DNA of 64,000 nt from a virus (Duplodnaviria; Caudoviricetes): positions 2,912 to 66,911 of the IMG/VR virus record IMGVR_UViG_3300028797_000013, one strand, 5' to 3'. A program made the translations under genes and the position numbers. Positions 25,751-36,800 of the stretch are shown here, in pieces. The notes beneath the pieces are model-generated. The model had not been told where the DNA came from, did no database searches, and was given only the letters and a program-made list of their open reading frames with translations. Within the stretch, counting starts at the first letter, position 1. Every line of letters starts with the position of its first letter.

Positions 25751-26620
25751 TCAATCATCAGTGAGCAGGCCGCTCAGTGTCTTCTCATCATCGTCCTCCT
25801 GGCATGCAGGGCCGAAGTGCGGCGTGTTGAGCTTCTGGTCGATATACTGCTTCATCAGGACACAGGCCTTGATGGTGTCCTGGGTCAGATTGACATCAGT
25901 AGCATTGATTTCCCGGGGCGTACCACCATTGAGGATGTCGCGATCCAGGAGCTCTTTGATCATGGGCTGCCAGTAGATCGGTACATCTGCATAGTCCGCA
26001 AACATAGGATTGCGATGCTGCAGCGCCGCAGCAATCTCTTCCTGGCAGATAGCTCTGATTTGTTCCTTCAGCTCTTCAGTCATTTTGGCTTCTCCTTTCA
26101 AGCGTATTGTTACTTTCTTGGCAATATCGCCGAAGCGATTATAGAGGTAGCTACCAGGGCAGGCCTTAGGAGCAAACCATCTATGCGCAGTCATGTTCTG
26201 CAGATCGACTCTGCCGATCAAGGTATTATCTGCGAGCCAGAGCAGCTGCTTAATATTGTTGCGCTTACAGATATCAGTGCACAAGTCAATCACAGCAGCC
26301 ATAGCTTCACTACTCACAGGCCAATCCGGTGCGCCAGCAGTATTGGAAACTTCAATCGTGATTGCACGGTTGTCATTTGCAGAACTACTGGAGCACCACG
26401 AGCGGTTTGCCTCATCGACAAAAAGCCCGATTCTGCCCTTCGAATCGACACCATAGTTGCTACTGGCCTGCACACTGCTTTGTGCAAACCAGTTGCCGAG
26501 GCTCTCAATCGAAGCATTGCCAGCTACACAGTGGATCGTGATTGTATCGATTATGTGTTTGCGAGGGCCGCTGTGGTTAGGAGATAGCTTGGTATAAACT
26601 ACCAGTGGGCTGTTACTCAT
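25751..26620 (-). CDS. Endolysin, N-acetylmuramoyl-L-alanine amidase (Amidase_2) with C-terminal domain
   Basis: ITIHC, ASSNY, RSWCSSS..ND.RAITIE, HRWF..KACPG; start moved to MSNSPL. Confidence 0.9.
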   Translation of the reverse strand: MSNSPLVVYTKLSPNHSGPRKHIIDTITIHCVAGNASIESLGNWFAQSSVQASSNYGVDSKGRIGLFVDEANRSWCSSSSANDNRAITIEVSNTAGAPDWPVSSEAMAAVIDLCTDICKRNNIKQLLWLADNTLIGRVDLQNMTAHRWFAPKACPGSYLYNRFGDIAKKVTIRLKGEAKMTEELKEQIRAICQEEIAAALQHRNPMFADYADVPIYWQPMIKELLDRDILNGGTPREINATDVNLTQDTIKACVLMKQYIDQKLNTPHFGPACQEDDDEKTLSGLLTDD

Positions 26621-26714
26621 CGTCCTCACCAGGTTCCTTTCCATTGGTGAGCTCCTCAAGCGCACCTTCGAAAAGTTCGTCGCTTTCATAAACAGGCTTA
26701 TATTCGGGTTCCAT
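26613..26714 (-). CDS. 33-aa acidic peptide upstream of the endolysin
   Basis: GAAAGGAG SD; MEPEYKPVYESDELFEGALEELTNGKEPGEDDE; not on the ORF track. Confidence 0.6.
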   Translation of the reverse strand: MEPEYKPVYESDELFEGALEELTNGKEPGEDDE

Positions 26715-26726
26715 ATTGACTCCTTT

Positions 26727-26969
26727 CTACACTTCAGATAAACTCACAAGCATAGGATCCATGGCCATTGAAGGACCTTTGGTGAACAGTTTCGCGGCAG
26801 CATCGAAGACAGTAGCCAAGCCTTCTTTGATCTGCAGTGAGCTACCTAGCCCTTCGTTTGTCTTCATACCCTGGATCACAAGACCAGAGGTATCAACTAC
26901 TTGTGGAGCTTCGACCTCAGAAAAGCTTGCAGGATCCCAGACAGTAATATAAGACTGGGCTTTAGCCAT
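26727..26969 (-). CDS. Hypothetical protein (80 aa)
   Basis: Start moved to MAKAQS, overlapping the upstream gene end. Confidence 0.55.
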   Translation of the reverse strand: MAKAQSYITVWDPASFSEVEAPQVVDTSGLVIQGMKTNEGLGSSLQIKEGLATVFDAAAKLFTKGPSMAMDPMLVSLSEV

Positions 26970-27264
26970 GCGAGATCTCACCATCCTTAAGGACATCAGA
27001 GACATCCATCTCATAGATGTCACTAGCATCAGCGTACCCATCGCTGGTAACATAACGGATCTGTACCTTGACTGGCTTGCCAGCTACAAAGCTCAGGGTG
27101 TCTTCCTGGGTGAGCTGCACCTCAATGTTGTAGGGAGAAACTACCAGGGCATCCCCAGTCTTCTCCACCACCACTGTCTTCTGAGTGAAGGTCACAAAGA
27201 CAGTAGCTTCAGTGAGGTCTACATTGATTGCAAAGTTATAAATCGGGGTCGTACCTCTGCGCAT
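26962..27264 (-). CDS. Small structural protein, BppU N-terminal-like
   Basis: RGTTP..F, LTQEDTLSF, VKVQIR...G.A.AS motif common in Clostridial phage tail/lysis regions. Confidence 0.6.
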   Translation of the reverse strand: MRRGTTPIYNFAINVDLTEATVFVTFTQKTVVVEKTGDALVVSPYNIEVQLTQEDTLSFVAGKPVKVQIRYVTSDGYADASDIYEMDVSDVLKDGEISHG

Positions 27265-27280
27265 AGTATCTACACTCCTT

Positions 27281-27613
27281 TCATAAATTTATCTTAGCGA
27301 GGACAAAGCCGATGAGCGCTGCAACTACTAGCTTGATAATGTCAGTGACCAGATTGTCCCAGCGCTTAGCAGGCTTAGACTCAAGCCGTTCAAGCCTGAT
27401 GCCTTGGTTCTTGATCTCTGTTGCCATTGTGCCTATATTGATTGCCATCTTCTCAATAGCAACCGTTAAGTCACCGATACGCTGCGCTGCAGCTTCGACG
27501 GCCTTAATCCTTTCATTTTGCCGCTTGTTTTCATCGTCGCGGCGCTGGTTCTCCGTTTCCATTCTGCGGGCGAACTCTTCATGCTCACGCCGCGTAATGA
27601 AATCACCTTCCAT
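27281..27613 (-). CDS. Lysis-region coiled-coil protein with C-terminal TM segment (XhlA-like)
   Basis: ITRREHEEF...KRWD...VAALIGFVL. Confidence 0.7.
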   Translation of the reverse strand: MEGDFITRREHEEFARRMETENQRRDDENKRQNERIKAVEAAAQRIGDLTVAIEKMAINIGTMATEIKNQGIRLERLESKPAKRWDNLVTDIIKLVVAALIGFVLAKINL

Positions 27614-27622
27614 AGCTGCCTC

Positions 27623-28324
27623 CTAGTACCCTGCGCCCCACACTGGGGTGCCGTTGATCTTGATGTAGGTGTGCTCAATATCCAGCATGGCAAAGCCCGA
27701 GGACTCTGATGACGTTCTTCCATTATTCCCAAAAATGAATTGGCGGCCTGAGCGCTGAACATGGGGGTTTGTCACTTCTATCTCTCGTCTAGCCGTTGTA
27801 ATTCCGTTGGAAACTGAAAATGACCAGATTGAACCGTCCCAGCGGTAGTTCATGTCATAAATTGTTCCAGCATTAATTGGTAAATTATCTTCCGGGTATT
27901 GAGACCCACCCAAGTATATTGTATAATCCCACGTTCCTGTAGATCTATCTGAGAATCCCGCAAAAAAATGAAGATCGCATCTAACCTCAAAACTCGGATT
28001 ATAATAGAAATTGTTTGAATAATTGGTGCCGCAAATAAAAGCTCGATTTGGAAATGTAGGGAGTTCGCTTAGTTTTACTCGTGTATGGATTTCAAATGGT
28101 TGCGTAAAATCTGGTTGGAAGACCTGATTGCTTGAATCCGCCGGAGCTAGTCCAGTATTAGCTGTTGTTAAGTTAATAAACGGCCCAACCCATTTTCCAT
28201 CGGAAAAACAATTTACATACCGGGCGTTCATCTTGCTTCTGTCTAAAACCGGGGTTTTCCTCATTGGCGGTGTAGTCAAGGCCATCACCGTCGCCCACTT
28301 GATTTCTTCCTTCGTCAGTGCCAT
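27623..28324 (-). CDS. Putative receptor-binding/lectin-like tail protein
   Basis: Aromatic, beta-rich sequence; AT-richer DNA; N-terminal shared helix; GGAAAAA precedes MALTK (weak SD). Confidence 0.6.
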   Translation of the reverse strand: MALTKEEIKWATVMALTTPPMRKTPVLDRSKMNARYVNCFSDGKWVGPFINLTTANTGLAPADSSNQVFQPDFTQPFEIHTRVKLSELPTFPNRAFICGTNYSNNFYYNPSFEVRCDLHFFAGFSDRSTGTWDYTIYLGGSQYPEDNLPINAGTIYDMNYRWDGSIWSFSVSNGITTARREIEVTNPHVQRSGRQFIFGNNGRTSSESSGFAMLDIEHTYIKINGTPVWGAGY

Positions 28325-28338
28325 GTTTTTTCCCCTAT

Positions 28339-28803
28339 TCATAGTTTTATCAGGAAAAGTCTGTCGTTTGGAAACGTCTCCGAGCCTATATGCACAGAAC
28401 TAATGAAAATACTATTTGTGCCGCCTCCAGAAGAAACAGTAAAAACAGTAGGTATGCTTACATTATAGTAACTAATCCGATTTGCTCCGGTGCCAACAAC
28501 ATCTGGCAGTACGCCATTGGCATTGCAGGCCCCATACTGCACGCTGCCGCGCCATCCTGCAAATACGCTGACAGACGTAACCCAAGGCTGGAGAATGATA
28601 CCTTCCGCGCCAGTATCCGTTGCGGTCCATCTGACGCACAGGGTGCTCTCGTCGAACATAAATATATCTGGCGGCCCGGATTCAAAATACTGCTGTTTTA
28701 TGACATCAGGGACAGGGATGATCGGACCTACGCCTCCACCCCCGGTCACGTTTTGAAGGGTCATCGCCATACTCAGTCCCTGCATGATCTGTGCCCTGGT
28801 CAT
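28339..28803 (-). CDS. Putative tail-tip accessory protein
   Basis: N-terminal helix + GGGG linker + beta-rich domain. Confidence 0.6.
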   Translation of the reverse strand: MTRAQIMQGLSMAMTLQNVTGGGGVGPIIPVPDVIKQQYFESGPPDIFMFDESTLCVRWTATDTGAEGIILQPWVTSVSVFAGWRGSVQYGACNANGVLPDVVGTGANRISYYNVSIPTVFTVSSGGGTNSIFISSVHIGSETFPNDRLFLIKL

Positions 28804-29426
28804 ATCACAGTCACCTCACAAGTGTGCCCGTCCGGCCAGGTATAGGTCACTGTGTCTCCGTTCACAGTGAAGGTCAGGCCGTACTCCTCTTCGCTACCCT
28901 CCACAGTGTAAGTCACTTCCCCGTTCACCGTGTCTATCTCGCAGGAGGCGAGCCTACGGTGCTTCGCATCTACGAAGTCCGAGAGGGTGATGTCCGTATC
29001 CTCACCACCGGAGGTGACGTAGCGAATTAGCAATTCATCATTGCTGCCTAAATGCATTACTGCTTTGTTTTCTTCATCGTAAACATAAGCAATAACAGGC
29101 CAATCAGTCACTTCTAAAGTTATTGTGGTGTGCTCTGCTGTAGTCCAGTAGTAAAGATCACCATCCCATGAAAGTTGCTCAGTAGTTACCGGCGTTGCGA
29201 CAGTTGCAACAATGAAATCAATTGTGTCATCTTTTATGCGTATATAGGAGATGGCACTTTGATCACCATTCAAATAATTAAAAGCGCGTGCATAGTCTGT
29301 ACGCAGTTTCCAGATAACAGCAGCTGGCGCCGAATCGCCACCTCCTCCAGAGCCACCCACAGACCAACCTTTTAATTGGCGGCCTACAGCCATGCCAGCA
29401 AGAAGACTTTTCTTATCGTAGGTCAT
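28800..29426 (-). CDS. Putative tail-tip protein
   Basis: YDKKSLLAGMAVGRQLKGW + Gly linker; C-terminal PDGHTC. Confidence 0.7.
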   Translation of the reverse strand: MTYDKKSLLAGMAVGRQLKGWSVGGSGGGGDSAPAAVIWKLRTDYARAFNYLNGDQSAISYIRIKDDTIDFIVATVATPVTTEQLSWDGDLYYWTTAEHTTITLEVTDWPVIAYVYDEENKAVMHLGSNDELLIRYVTSGGEDTDITLSDFVDAKHRRLASCEIDTVNGEVTYTVEGSEEEYGLTFTVNGDTVTYTWPDGHTCEVTVI

Positions 29427-29429
29427 TGC

Positions 29430-30725
29430 TTAACACCTACCTTTCTTCCGAAAGATAAGAAGCAAAGCAACAACCACAAGGATATAGCTACTAAGCCCCC
29501 CCCAGTCACGCTGTCTAAACTTTATATTTTCGATAATAAAACTAAAGGGTGTTTCATCATGAATATAACCCATATCAATACAAAGATAGACATTTTGTGT
29601 GTCCTGTGCCATAAAGCCTAGCTCAAAATGATGCTTTTGTCTGTCCATACAAGCATAGGCATATCCAGTATAAGCTATAACGTAGCCCTTTTCACGATAC
29701 CAATTGAACTCATATATTGTATCACTAGGTGCACGTGACATTATTGCAATATAATCATCAGTATCTCCATAGGTAATTTCTGGAACTCCATCAGGCATTG
29801 TAATATCAAAAGAAAGGATGTAAAAAGCATTCATCGCTTGCAAACGGTGCTCTACATAGAAACGATCAAAATATGTGCCTAGGTACATTCGGGCCGTGCA
29901 GCGCTGCTCATCCAAATTAAAAGTAATATCCGCTGTAGCACCAGTACCACCAAGCCAGGTCCAACGAGACAAATCACCAAAGTAGCAAGCAGCTTTATGT
30001 GCATTTGCTCTTTTTTCATACGAGAGTCCCCCGAATAAAATGTTCCGACTCGGATTGGTGCTCATACCGTGCACAACAAAAAACCCATCATGATCTACTG
30101 ATACAGCTACAGGCGTATTAGAATTATCCCTGGAAACAAAACCATTGACTGGAACAAGTGGCTCAGGTAAACGGAATAATGGTTTATCAAAAAAAGTTAT
30201 GTCTTTCGGACGCATCCAGAATTGAATAAGTACAGCAGTATCGGTCTCATAATAGTTACACCAATACTCATTGGAGTCTAGCGTTTGTAGCTCACCACCA
30301 TAACGTGTTGGATATATTCCACTACCTACTATATAAGGTTTATTGGCAGAACCATTACGCGCAGCTAACTGCAGACCTGTATTGTCTAAGTAAAAACTAC
30401 CAGGATAAGTTGCATTACGTGGTACCCAGGAAAAAGCAGCACCAACGCCCTCCTGAAAAATAGACGTTTCTGCAGTAAGGAGTACCCCCGTATATGCTGA
30501 TACAGACAGGTTTAGCTTCATGTCTACATAAAAATAATAATCTTCTCCGCGTGTAAAATACATTGCTTTATTTGGATAAGAAGGATCACAGTTAATGGGC
30601 GTTAGCATATAAGGGCCTGACCAGTCAGCCGCGGGCACTGGCTGCCCACCAGTTCCACCTGTTGCCCAGCCTTTAAGCTGTCGACCAATGGCAACACCAG
30701 CAAGAAAGTCTTTCTTATTATACAC
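29430..30725 (-). CDS. Putative receptor-binding tail protein
   Basis: YNKKDFLAGVAIGRQLKGW + Gly linker; aromatic beta-rich; AT-richer DNA. Confidence 0.7.
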   Translation of the reverse strand: MYNKKDFLAGVAIGRQLKGWATGGTGGQPVPAADWSGPYMLTPINCDPSYPNKAMYFTRGEDYYFYVDMKLNLSVSAYTGVLLTAETSIFQEGVGAAFSWVPRNATYPGSFYLDNTGLQLAARNGSANKPYIVGSGIYPTRYGGELQTLDSNEYWCNYYETDTAVLIQFWMRPKDITFFDKPLFRLPEPLVPVNGFVSRDNSNTPVAVSVDHDGFFVVHGMSTNPSRNILFGGLSYEKRANAHKAACYFGDLSRWTWLGGTGATADITFNLDEQRCTARMYLGTYFDRFYVEHRLQAMNAFYILSFDITMPDGVPEITYGDTDDYIAIMSRAPSDTIYEFNWYREKGYVIAYTGYAYACMDRQKHHFELGFMAQDTQNVYLCIDMGYIHDETPFSFIIENIKFRQRDWGGLSSYILVVVALLLIFRKKGRC

Positions 30726-30740
30726 AGTATTGCCTCCTTT

Positions 30741-32045
30741 CTACCAGGTTATTGTGCACTCATGACCATCAGGATGCGTAATCTTAATTGGATTACCACT
30801 TCCATCAAAAGTCACAGCGTATGTAATGCTTCCACTCGATCCTTCAATTACTTCACTAAAATAGCCAGAATCCCAGCCACTAAAATCCATACTTACTGTA
30901 CGACGAAGGCCAATGAGATCAAGATACCCATCAAAGCCTGCATACATACCGATCTCTTTTCCACCTGTAGCAAGGAAGGTAATCTGTAACTTTGTGGCAT
31001 CTTTGATAATAAATGCTTTAGAGTTACCATCATTATCACCTTGTCCAAGTGTTATGAATGGCATATAATAGCCTTCAGGAGTTGTATCAAACTCGAACTT
31101 AGCCTTAGTTTCATCATTGTAAGTGTAGATATAGACGGGATAGCTAGTAGGCGTTGTTGTAGTAAAGATTCGAACACCATTATAGTATGGGTAGCCATCA
31201 GTACCAAGCGTAACGCCAGTAGCAAGCGTCTGCCCTTCTACTGCCCATACTTGCTCTTCCCAGTAAAGATTAGCCCCATATGGGTTCTTTGCTTGTTCAC
31301 TACCATTATCATAGATGCCAGCCATAAAATGGATATGCTCTTCAGCAATATCTAAGAAGTTGTCATCTGAAGTATCTTGTGCAAGGTACTTAACGATCCG
31401 GCGCGCTGTGCTTAAATGGTCTACTGTCAAATCAGCCATATCACCAAGAGCAGCATAGAGCTCATCAGCAGAGAGCTGACCGCTCACTTGAATATTGCCC
31501 TCAATAACAGCCGTACCTGTAAAGACCTCATCACCCACGAATAAGGTGATGTTAATATAGGAGTGACCTTGCCCATCACTATACTGCCCAACACTAAGGC
31601 TAATGCTCGCTTTCAGTTCATCTACCATGTCCTGTGCAGCATTCAGAAGATTCGTCATATCTTCTTCACGGGACTCAGGACAAAATTGAACATTAGAAAC
31701 TACCAGCTGACTATCAGTGTCATTGATAATCGAAAACTTGAAGACAGTATATTCGCCGGAGCGTAGCCTTATATCTTGCCGGAAGCCCATCCCATCCATA
31801 TCTATGGGATAAAGCATATAGTCATACGCATCGCCAGAGTCACACATTGCTTCGACACGGATCTTAATGTCCGGTGTGTATGAGGGCTCTGCACCGATGG
31901 CATCATTGTACTGGTCTGCTATAAAGATAATTCTAAAATACTCAGAGAGCTGCGCAATCCTTGTAGTATTGAATGTGTGAACATCTACACTGCCTGCATT
32001 CAATGTGATATGGTCATGGAGTAAGATACTGGAGCCAAATGTCAT
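30741..32045 (-). CDS. Minor tail/baseplate protein
   Basis: Position after the TMP; C-terminal PDGHEC. Confidence 0.65.
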   Translation of the reverse strand: MTFGSSILLHDHITLNAGSVDVHTFNTTRIAQLSEYFRIIFIADQYNDAIGAEPSYTPDIKIRVEAMCDSGDAYDYMLYPIDMDGMGFRQDIRLRSGEYTVFKFSIINDTDSQLVVSNVQFCPESREEDMTNLLNAAQDMVDELKASISLSVGQYSDGQGHSYINITLFVGDEVFTGTAVIEGNIQVSGQLSADELYAALGDMADLTVDHLSTARRIVKYLAQDTSDDNFLDIAEEHIHFMAGIYDNGSEQAKNPYGANLYWEEQVWAVEGQTLATGVTLGTDGYPYYNGVRIFTTTTPTSYPVYIYTYNDETKAKFEFDTTPEGYYMPFITLGQGDNDGNSKAFIIKDATKLQITFLATGGKEIGMYAGFDGYLDLIGLRRTVSMDFSGWDSGYFSEVIEGSSGSITYAVTFDGSGNPIKITHPDGHECTITW

Positions 32046-33367
32046 TCTTCATTCACCTCCAGAATCTCTGCATTAAGCAGTGTAAGAGTACCAGACAAGC
32101 CACCATCATAGCGAAGAGACTGACGGATAAGAATCCCAGTGAAATCGAGATTATATCGGCTACTATATACCCTGATCTTTTCGCCGAGTTGGAAGCGAGG
32201 ATTACCTTTAACAGAGACTTCAAGTACAGGCAGAATGCTTTGCACATAAGCATCCATAAAAGACTTAAAGGTTGTCAGATAAGCCTGTGACTGAATGTAG
32301 ATATTACTAAACTTCAGAGCATTATCACAGCCAGCATCCTCAGCATAAACTTCAGTAGTCTGAATATACTGGCCACAGAATTCAATACGACCTCGAAACG
32401 AATTCGTGAGCGTAAATATCAGGATCTCAGTAGCATTATATGTCAAAAAGTCAATATAGGGTGTCTCATCACCACTGGATGTAACATAGACTACATTAGC
32501 TACTGGCGTATTGCTAAAATTCCGATCCCGATACTGTGTAGCTACTGTGTTCACAATATCAGACTCGGTATACAGTGTAGTTACATTACTCAGCTGCGGA
32601 ATCAGTGCGCAGACTGAAGCACCATCATACTGCAGCATAATGCTCTGCTTTGTTGTAGGCTCAATGATCTGGTCATCGTCTGTGATAGTATGAGCAAGAG
32701 CTACTGTTCTATGCATGTACCTGGTAATGAGATCACCATCATGATCACAGAAAATAAATACCTGAAGGCCTCCAGCAATATTGTTCAAAAAGTCAGCGTT
32801 TTGCTGAATATGGTAGCCATAGCGTAGAGTACCGATAAGAGCACCATCCAATGTAATGGGCATACCAAGTTTTGTAAAGAACTTCTGGATGAAAGTGTTG
32901 TATGCAATGTTCTTATAAACAGGCAGCTTGACTCTAGTGGCGTTGATTATCTTACTGACCTTATCAGTGGCTGTGACAGACACTGTCTGTCCCGCAAAAC
33001 CTACTTGCCAGTCAGTCAGATAAAAGACACCAAGAGGATCCCAGTCAAAGGCCGGGGTTGCTACTGGACGCATATAGAGCTTAACCTGAACACCAACCTC
33101 AATCTTCTGATAATAAGGGCTCAGGGCATTAGTCGGGTTAAAGACGTCATTTCTGTTGGAAAGCTCAAAAGAAAGCTCATTAGCAGAAACTGAGGAGAAA
33201 GGAGCACAGTTATCTGCGCTGACTTCTTCCATTAAATCCCAGGTAATGAGATAGTTGTCCTTAGTAATGGACAGAGGTGTATTCTCAATACCATCAAAGT
33301 AGATGTCGAGCTTACACTCGATCATCCTACTCTTAGCATTATAAGCAGCATCTGTAGTTGCAGCCAT
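32042..33367 (-). CDS. Minor tail (hub-like) protein
   Basis: Second gene after the TMP; GNP..QLGE.I C-terminal motif typical of tail hub proteins. Confidence 0.65.
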   Translation of the reverse strand: MAATTDAAYNAKSRMIECKLDIYFDGIENTPLSITKDNYLITWDLMEEVSADNCAPFSSVSANELSFELSNRNDVFNPTNALSPYYQKIEVGVQVKLYMRPVATPAFDWDPLGVFYLTDWQVGFAGQTVSVTATDKVSKIINATRVKLPVYKNIAYNTFIQKFFTKLGMPITLDGALIGTLRYGYHIQQNADFLNNIAGGLQVFIFCDHDGDLITRYMHRTVALAHTITDDDQIIEPTTKQSIMLQYDGASVCALIPQLSNVTTLYTESDIVNTVATQYRDRNFSNTPVANVVYVTSSGDETPYIDFLTYNATEILIFTLTNSFRGRIEFCGQYIQTTEVYAEDAGCDNALKFSNIYIQSQAYLTTFKSFMDAYVQSILPVLEVSVKGNPRFQLGEKIRVYSSRYNLDFTGILIRQSLRYDGGLSGTLTLLNAEILEVNEE

Positions 33368-33378
33368 TGCTCTACCTC

Positions 33379-33762
33379 CTACTGCTCAATTAAGCTAAGC
33401 GTTACGTCTTTCCAGACCCACTGCTGCTTAAAGCGTGAACCATCACCTCTATGCAGTTTATGCGGGATTGCTCCCGCATAAACCGTTGCTGACTGCGGAC
33501 CCCGATCATCCGTATATGTCAGCGTATGAAAGCACTGATGAGTTGAAGGAAGGTTTGTCCACAGCAGGTCGATAATGACATCCAGCTGTGCAGAGGTAAT
33601 GGCATTCCATTTGAAGTTATACTTGCGCTTGTTAGCGACAAAGTCCATCGTCATATCACCATTGGCGATACGAGTAGACTGGGTGAGGGTGTAGTACTCT
33701 ACATTGAATTCGTTAGGATCTTTGATTTTAACGTTGTCAATATAGAAACCTGTAAATGCCAT
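33379..33762 (-). CDS. Distal tail protein-like
   Basis: First gene after the TMP; IKDP..F...R.ANGDM..D.VA.KRK..F.W motif. Confidence 0.65.
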   Translation of the reverse strand: MAFTGFYIDNVKIKDPNEFNVEYYTLTQSTRIANGDMTMDFVANKRKYNFKWNAITSAQLDVIIDLLWTNLPSTHQCFHTLTYTDDRGPQSATVYAGAIPHKLHRGDGSRFKQQWVWKDVTLSLIEQ

Positions 33763-33815
33763 ACCCTACACCTCCTTTATTATATTATATGCACTCACGC
33801 TACTGGATGGACCTG

Positions 33816-36800
33816 TTAACCTCTACGCATTGATTCAGCCTGCCGAATTGAATAGAGCTTGCGCTCAAGCGTCCGAAGGCCTGCATCATCAGCAATCAAT
33901 GTACCCACATAGATCGGGGTTCTACCGTCAGTTCCATCAGCACTTGCCTGCGCAGTAGCTACTGCAGGAAGTACTCTCTCAAGGACACCTCGCGTCACTG
34001 CATCTATAAGGCCAGTCATATCAGTGCCACTACCACGAGTACCGCTAGGAGTAACTATGCCTCCATTTACCAGACCAAGAGCAGCACGAAGACCCTGTGC
34101 ACTATCAGGCATGAAGCTATCCAGTACAGGACTCATCGACAACGATACGGTGCCCCCAGCAAAAGCCTTAACCGTAGGACGATTGCCTACATACTTTTGC
34201 ACTGTTTTTGTATCATCAGCATTAAGAATCTGTGTACCGGCCGGTAGATCATAGAGACCAGCTTCGAGCAGCTTCGTATCACCATTTGGCATAATGGCCA
34301 TTTCCTTGCCAAGTTCACCAGCAAGGATCGGGAGACTCGATGCCATAGGATCTACTGTGCCACCAGCTGCAAACTGAGGCAAATTACTGACAGTGGACTG
34401 CTTGCCGGTAACGCCATCAATCTTTATATACTTAATAAGCTTACCATCAGATGAATATTCACCATAATAAGTATTACCTTGTTTATCAGTGCCTTTGTAA
34501 ACAACGTTATTTTTCGTAGAGCCAATACCAAGGAATCCACCTGAACGGCCAGCGCTAGCCTGCAAGCTCTCTAGCTGCTGCATACTAGTCATAGCCCTAG
34601 TGACAGCATTAGCAATACTCGTTGCCATCTCATCAGCAGTACCAGAGACTCCTCCAGCAATCTCACCAAGCACAGAACTAAGATTGGTGAAGCCAGTTGA
34701 TGCAGTATTCTTGATGTCATACATCTTGGTCTCACAGTTTTTATCTACCTGCGAGAGTGCTGTCTGAAGCTCATCAGGTAATGCACTGAAGGGGACCAAC
34801 GCCTCGCGGTCAATAGTTTCAGGAATGTCTGCTCCATCCACATAACCAGCAATAGCAAGCATGCCTTCATTTACATCAAGACCCAGTGTAGCTAGCGCAT
34901 CTTTGGTAGGCTGATCAATAGACTCCCAGGAAGCGATCCAGCCATCGGTAGTCTCTACAAGCCATTTGCCGATCTTACGATTGATCTCAAGGAGCTGTTC
35001 ATCAGCTACAATGCCTGCTTCTTCAAGGTACTGCTTAACAGTATCAGGCAACTGATCCCAGAGCTCAGGCTTATTTACAAAGACTGCTACAATATCACCG
35101 GCTCCCTCTTCCATAACCTGAGAGAGATCCACAATTACCTGATTACCAGCCTCTGTGGTTTTTACACCAAGTGCTTCGAGAGCAGTCACAGTTTCAGTAG
35201 TGAGGGACTCCCATTTCTCTTTACTGATGAGGGTAAAGCCGTTTGTAATTGCCTCACCGGTATTGCTAATAATCATCTGGAATTCTTCACCTGCACCAGT
35301 GAATGCAATACCAATGGATCTAAAAGCCGTAAGTATTTCTTCTGTCAGATCTTCTTCTTTGATAGGAGAGGGGACTACTACAGCATTAGCCCAATCAATA
35401 AGGTTATCCTGGATTGTTCCACCCTCTTTATCTACCAAAGCTGCGATACTATAGAACTGGTTCTTAACAATGTCAGAGACACCAGTCCAATCTAGCGCAT
35501 CAAGTGCAGACTTAAGTGTAGCATCACCACTAAGCACAGCTTCATTTGTGATCTTAAGGAAGCCATCCTCAGTAACAGTACCAATGTCTGCAATGATCTT
35601 TTCCATGTTCTCGCTCATCTGAACGCCGATGCTATCAGACAGCTTAAACATAGCTGCAGTCATGCTCTCTTTGACTTTATCAAAATTACCAAACTCAATC
35701 TCGCTGGTGTCAAAGTTCAAACTGATGCTGTATTCGCCAAGTTGATCGATGATTGCCTGACTAAAGTGCTCAGCACTGAGTGCAATATCACGTTCATTAC
35801 CAGTACGCGCTTCATTATGGTTATACATGAACGAAACAGTACCATTGCTGTTTACCTGGATGCCAGCCTCTGCAAGGATCGAAGCCTCATCAGTGGTTAC
35901 GCTAAGGGCCCCTACATCAAAGGACTGCCCGTCAAGGTCAATAATGACACCGTGTGCATCTACTGTAATACCACGCAGTGCATCAATCAACGCATCCTGA
36001 TCGGTACCCACTGTAATATAGTCAATAGCCGTAGGTCCTTGAAGCGCTGTTTCATACATGCTGCTGCCGGAGCCAAGGGTGATGCCAGCAGCTGCCAACT
36101 GGGCAAGCATTGTAGGCATGAGGCCTTCAAGAACTGCACCAGTAAGGTACTGTGCAGTGTTACCCGCAAGTACATCAATGTTGCCACCTACTGCACCATA
36201 AGTAGCTGTACTAATCCCAAGTTCAGTAAGCTTAGCTTGCTCGTAGGCATCCCAGATATCAAGCTGCTGCTTCATAAGAGCTACCGCCATGCCAGGATTC
36301 TCATCAAGAGTATAGCCCGTAATTTCACGATAGCTACTATCGCTTTCAGCAAGCAAAGCAAGATAACTTTGAATATTATCGTAAGCAGTGATTGCACGAG
36401 CATCATAGCCCATGACATCTACAAGGGCCTGCTTAAGATAATCGTTTCCATCAATGATGCCCCGCAGGGTCTCAGTAAAGTCGCCCTCTTGAGCGCCGCC
36501 GACATACATTGCCTGGATCATTGCTCGCAGTGCTTCAGTATCATCACCAAAGTAGCGAACAGCGCTGCCTGTAGCATCAAGCACACGGACATACTCTTTG
36601 CCATTTACAGCAATCTGCTCACCGAGCTGCAGACCTGCGTAGTCTTCACCGAGAATCTTTTTGATTGTTTCGAGGTCGGCTGCAGCACTTTCAAGCGGCA
36701 AAACCATCTCAGAAGAGACCCAGCTACCAATGCCATTTTGTCCCTGGTGAGCTTGTGCAATAGATGTTGCATCAATAGCACCCATTGCAGCTGCTATACG

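Noticed and set aside
27623-30725. Diversity-generating retroelement acting on tail-tip genes
   Set aside because: No reverse transcriptase and no TR/VR pair found in the window; cannot be excluded for the unseen part of the genome
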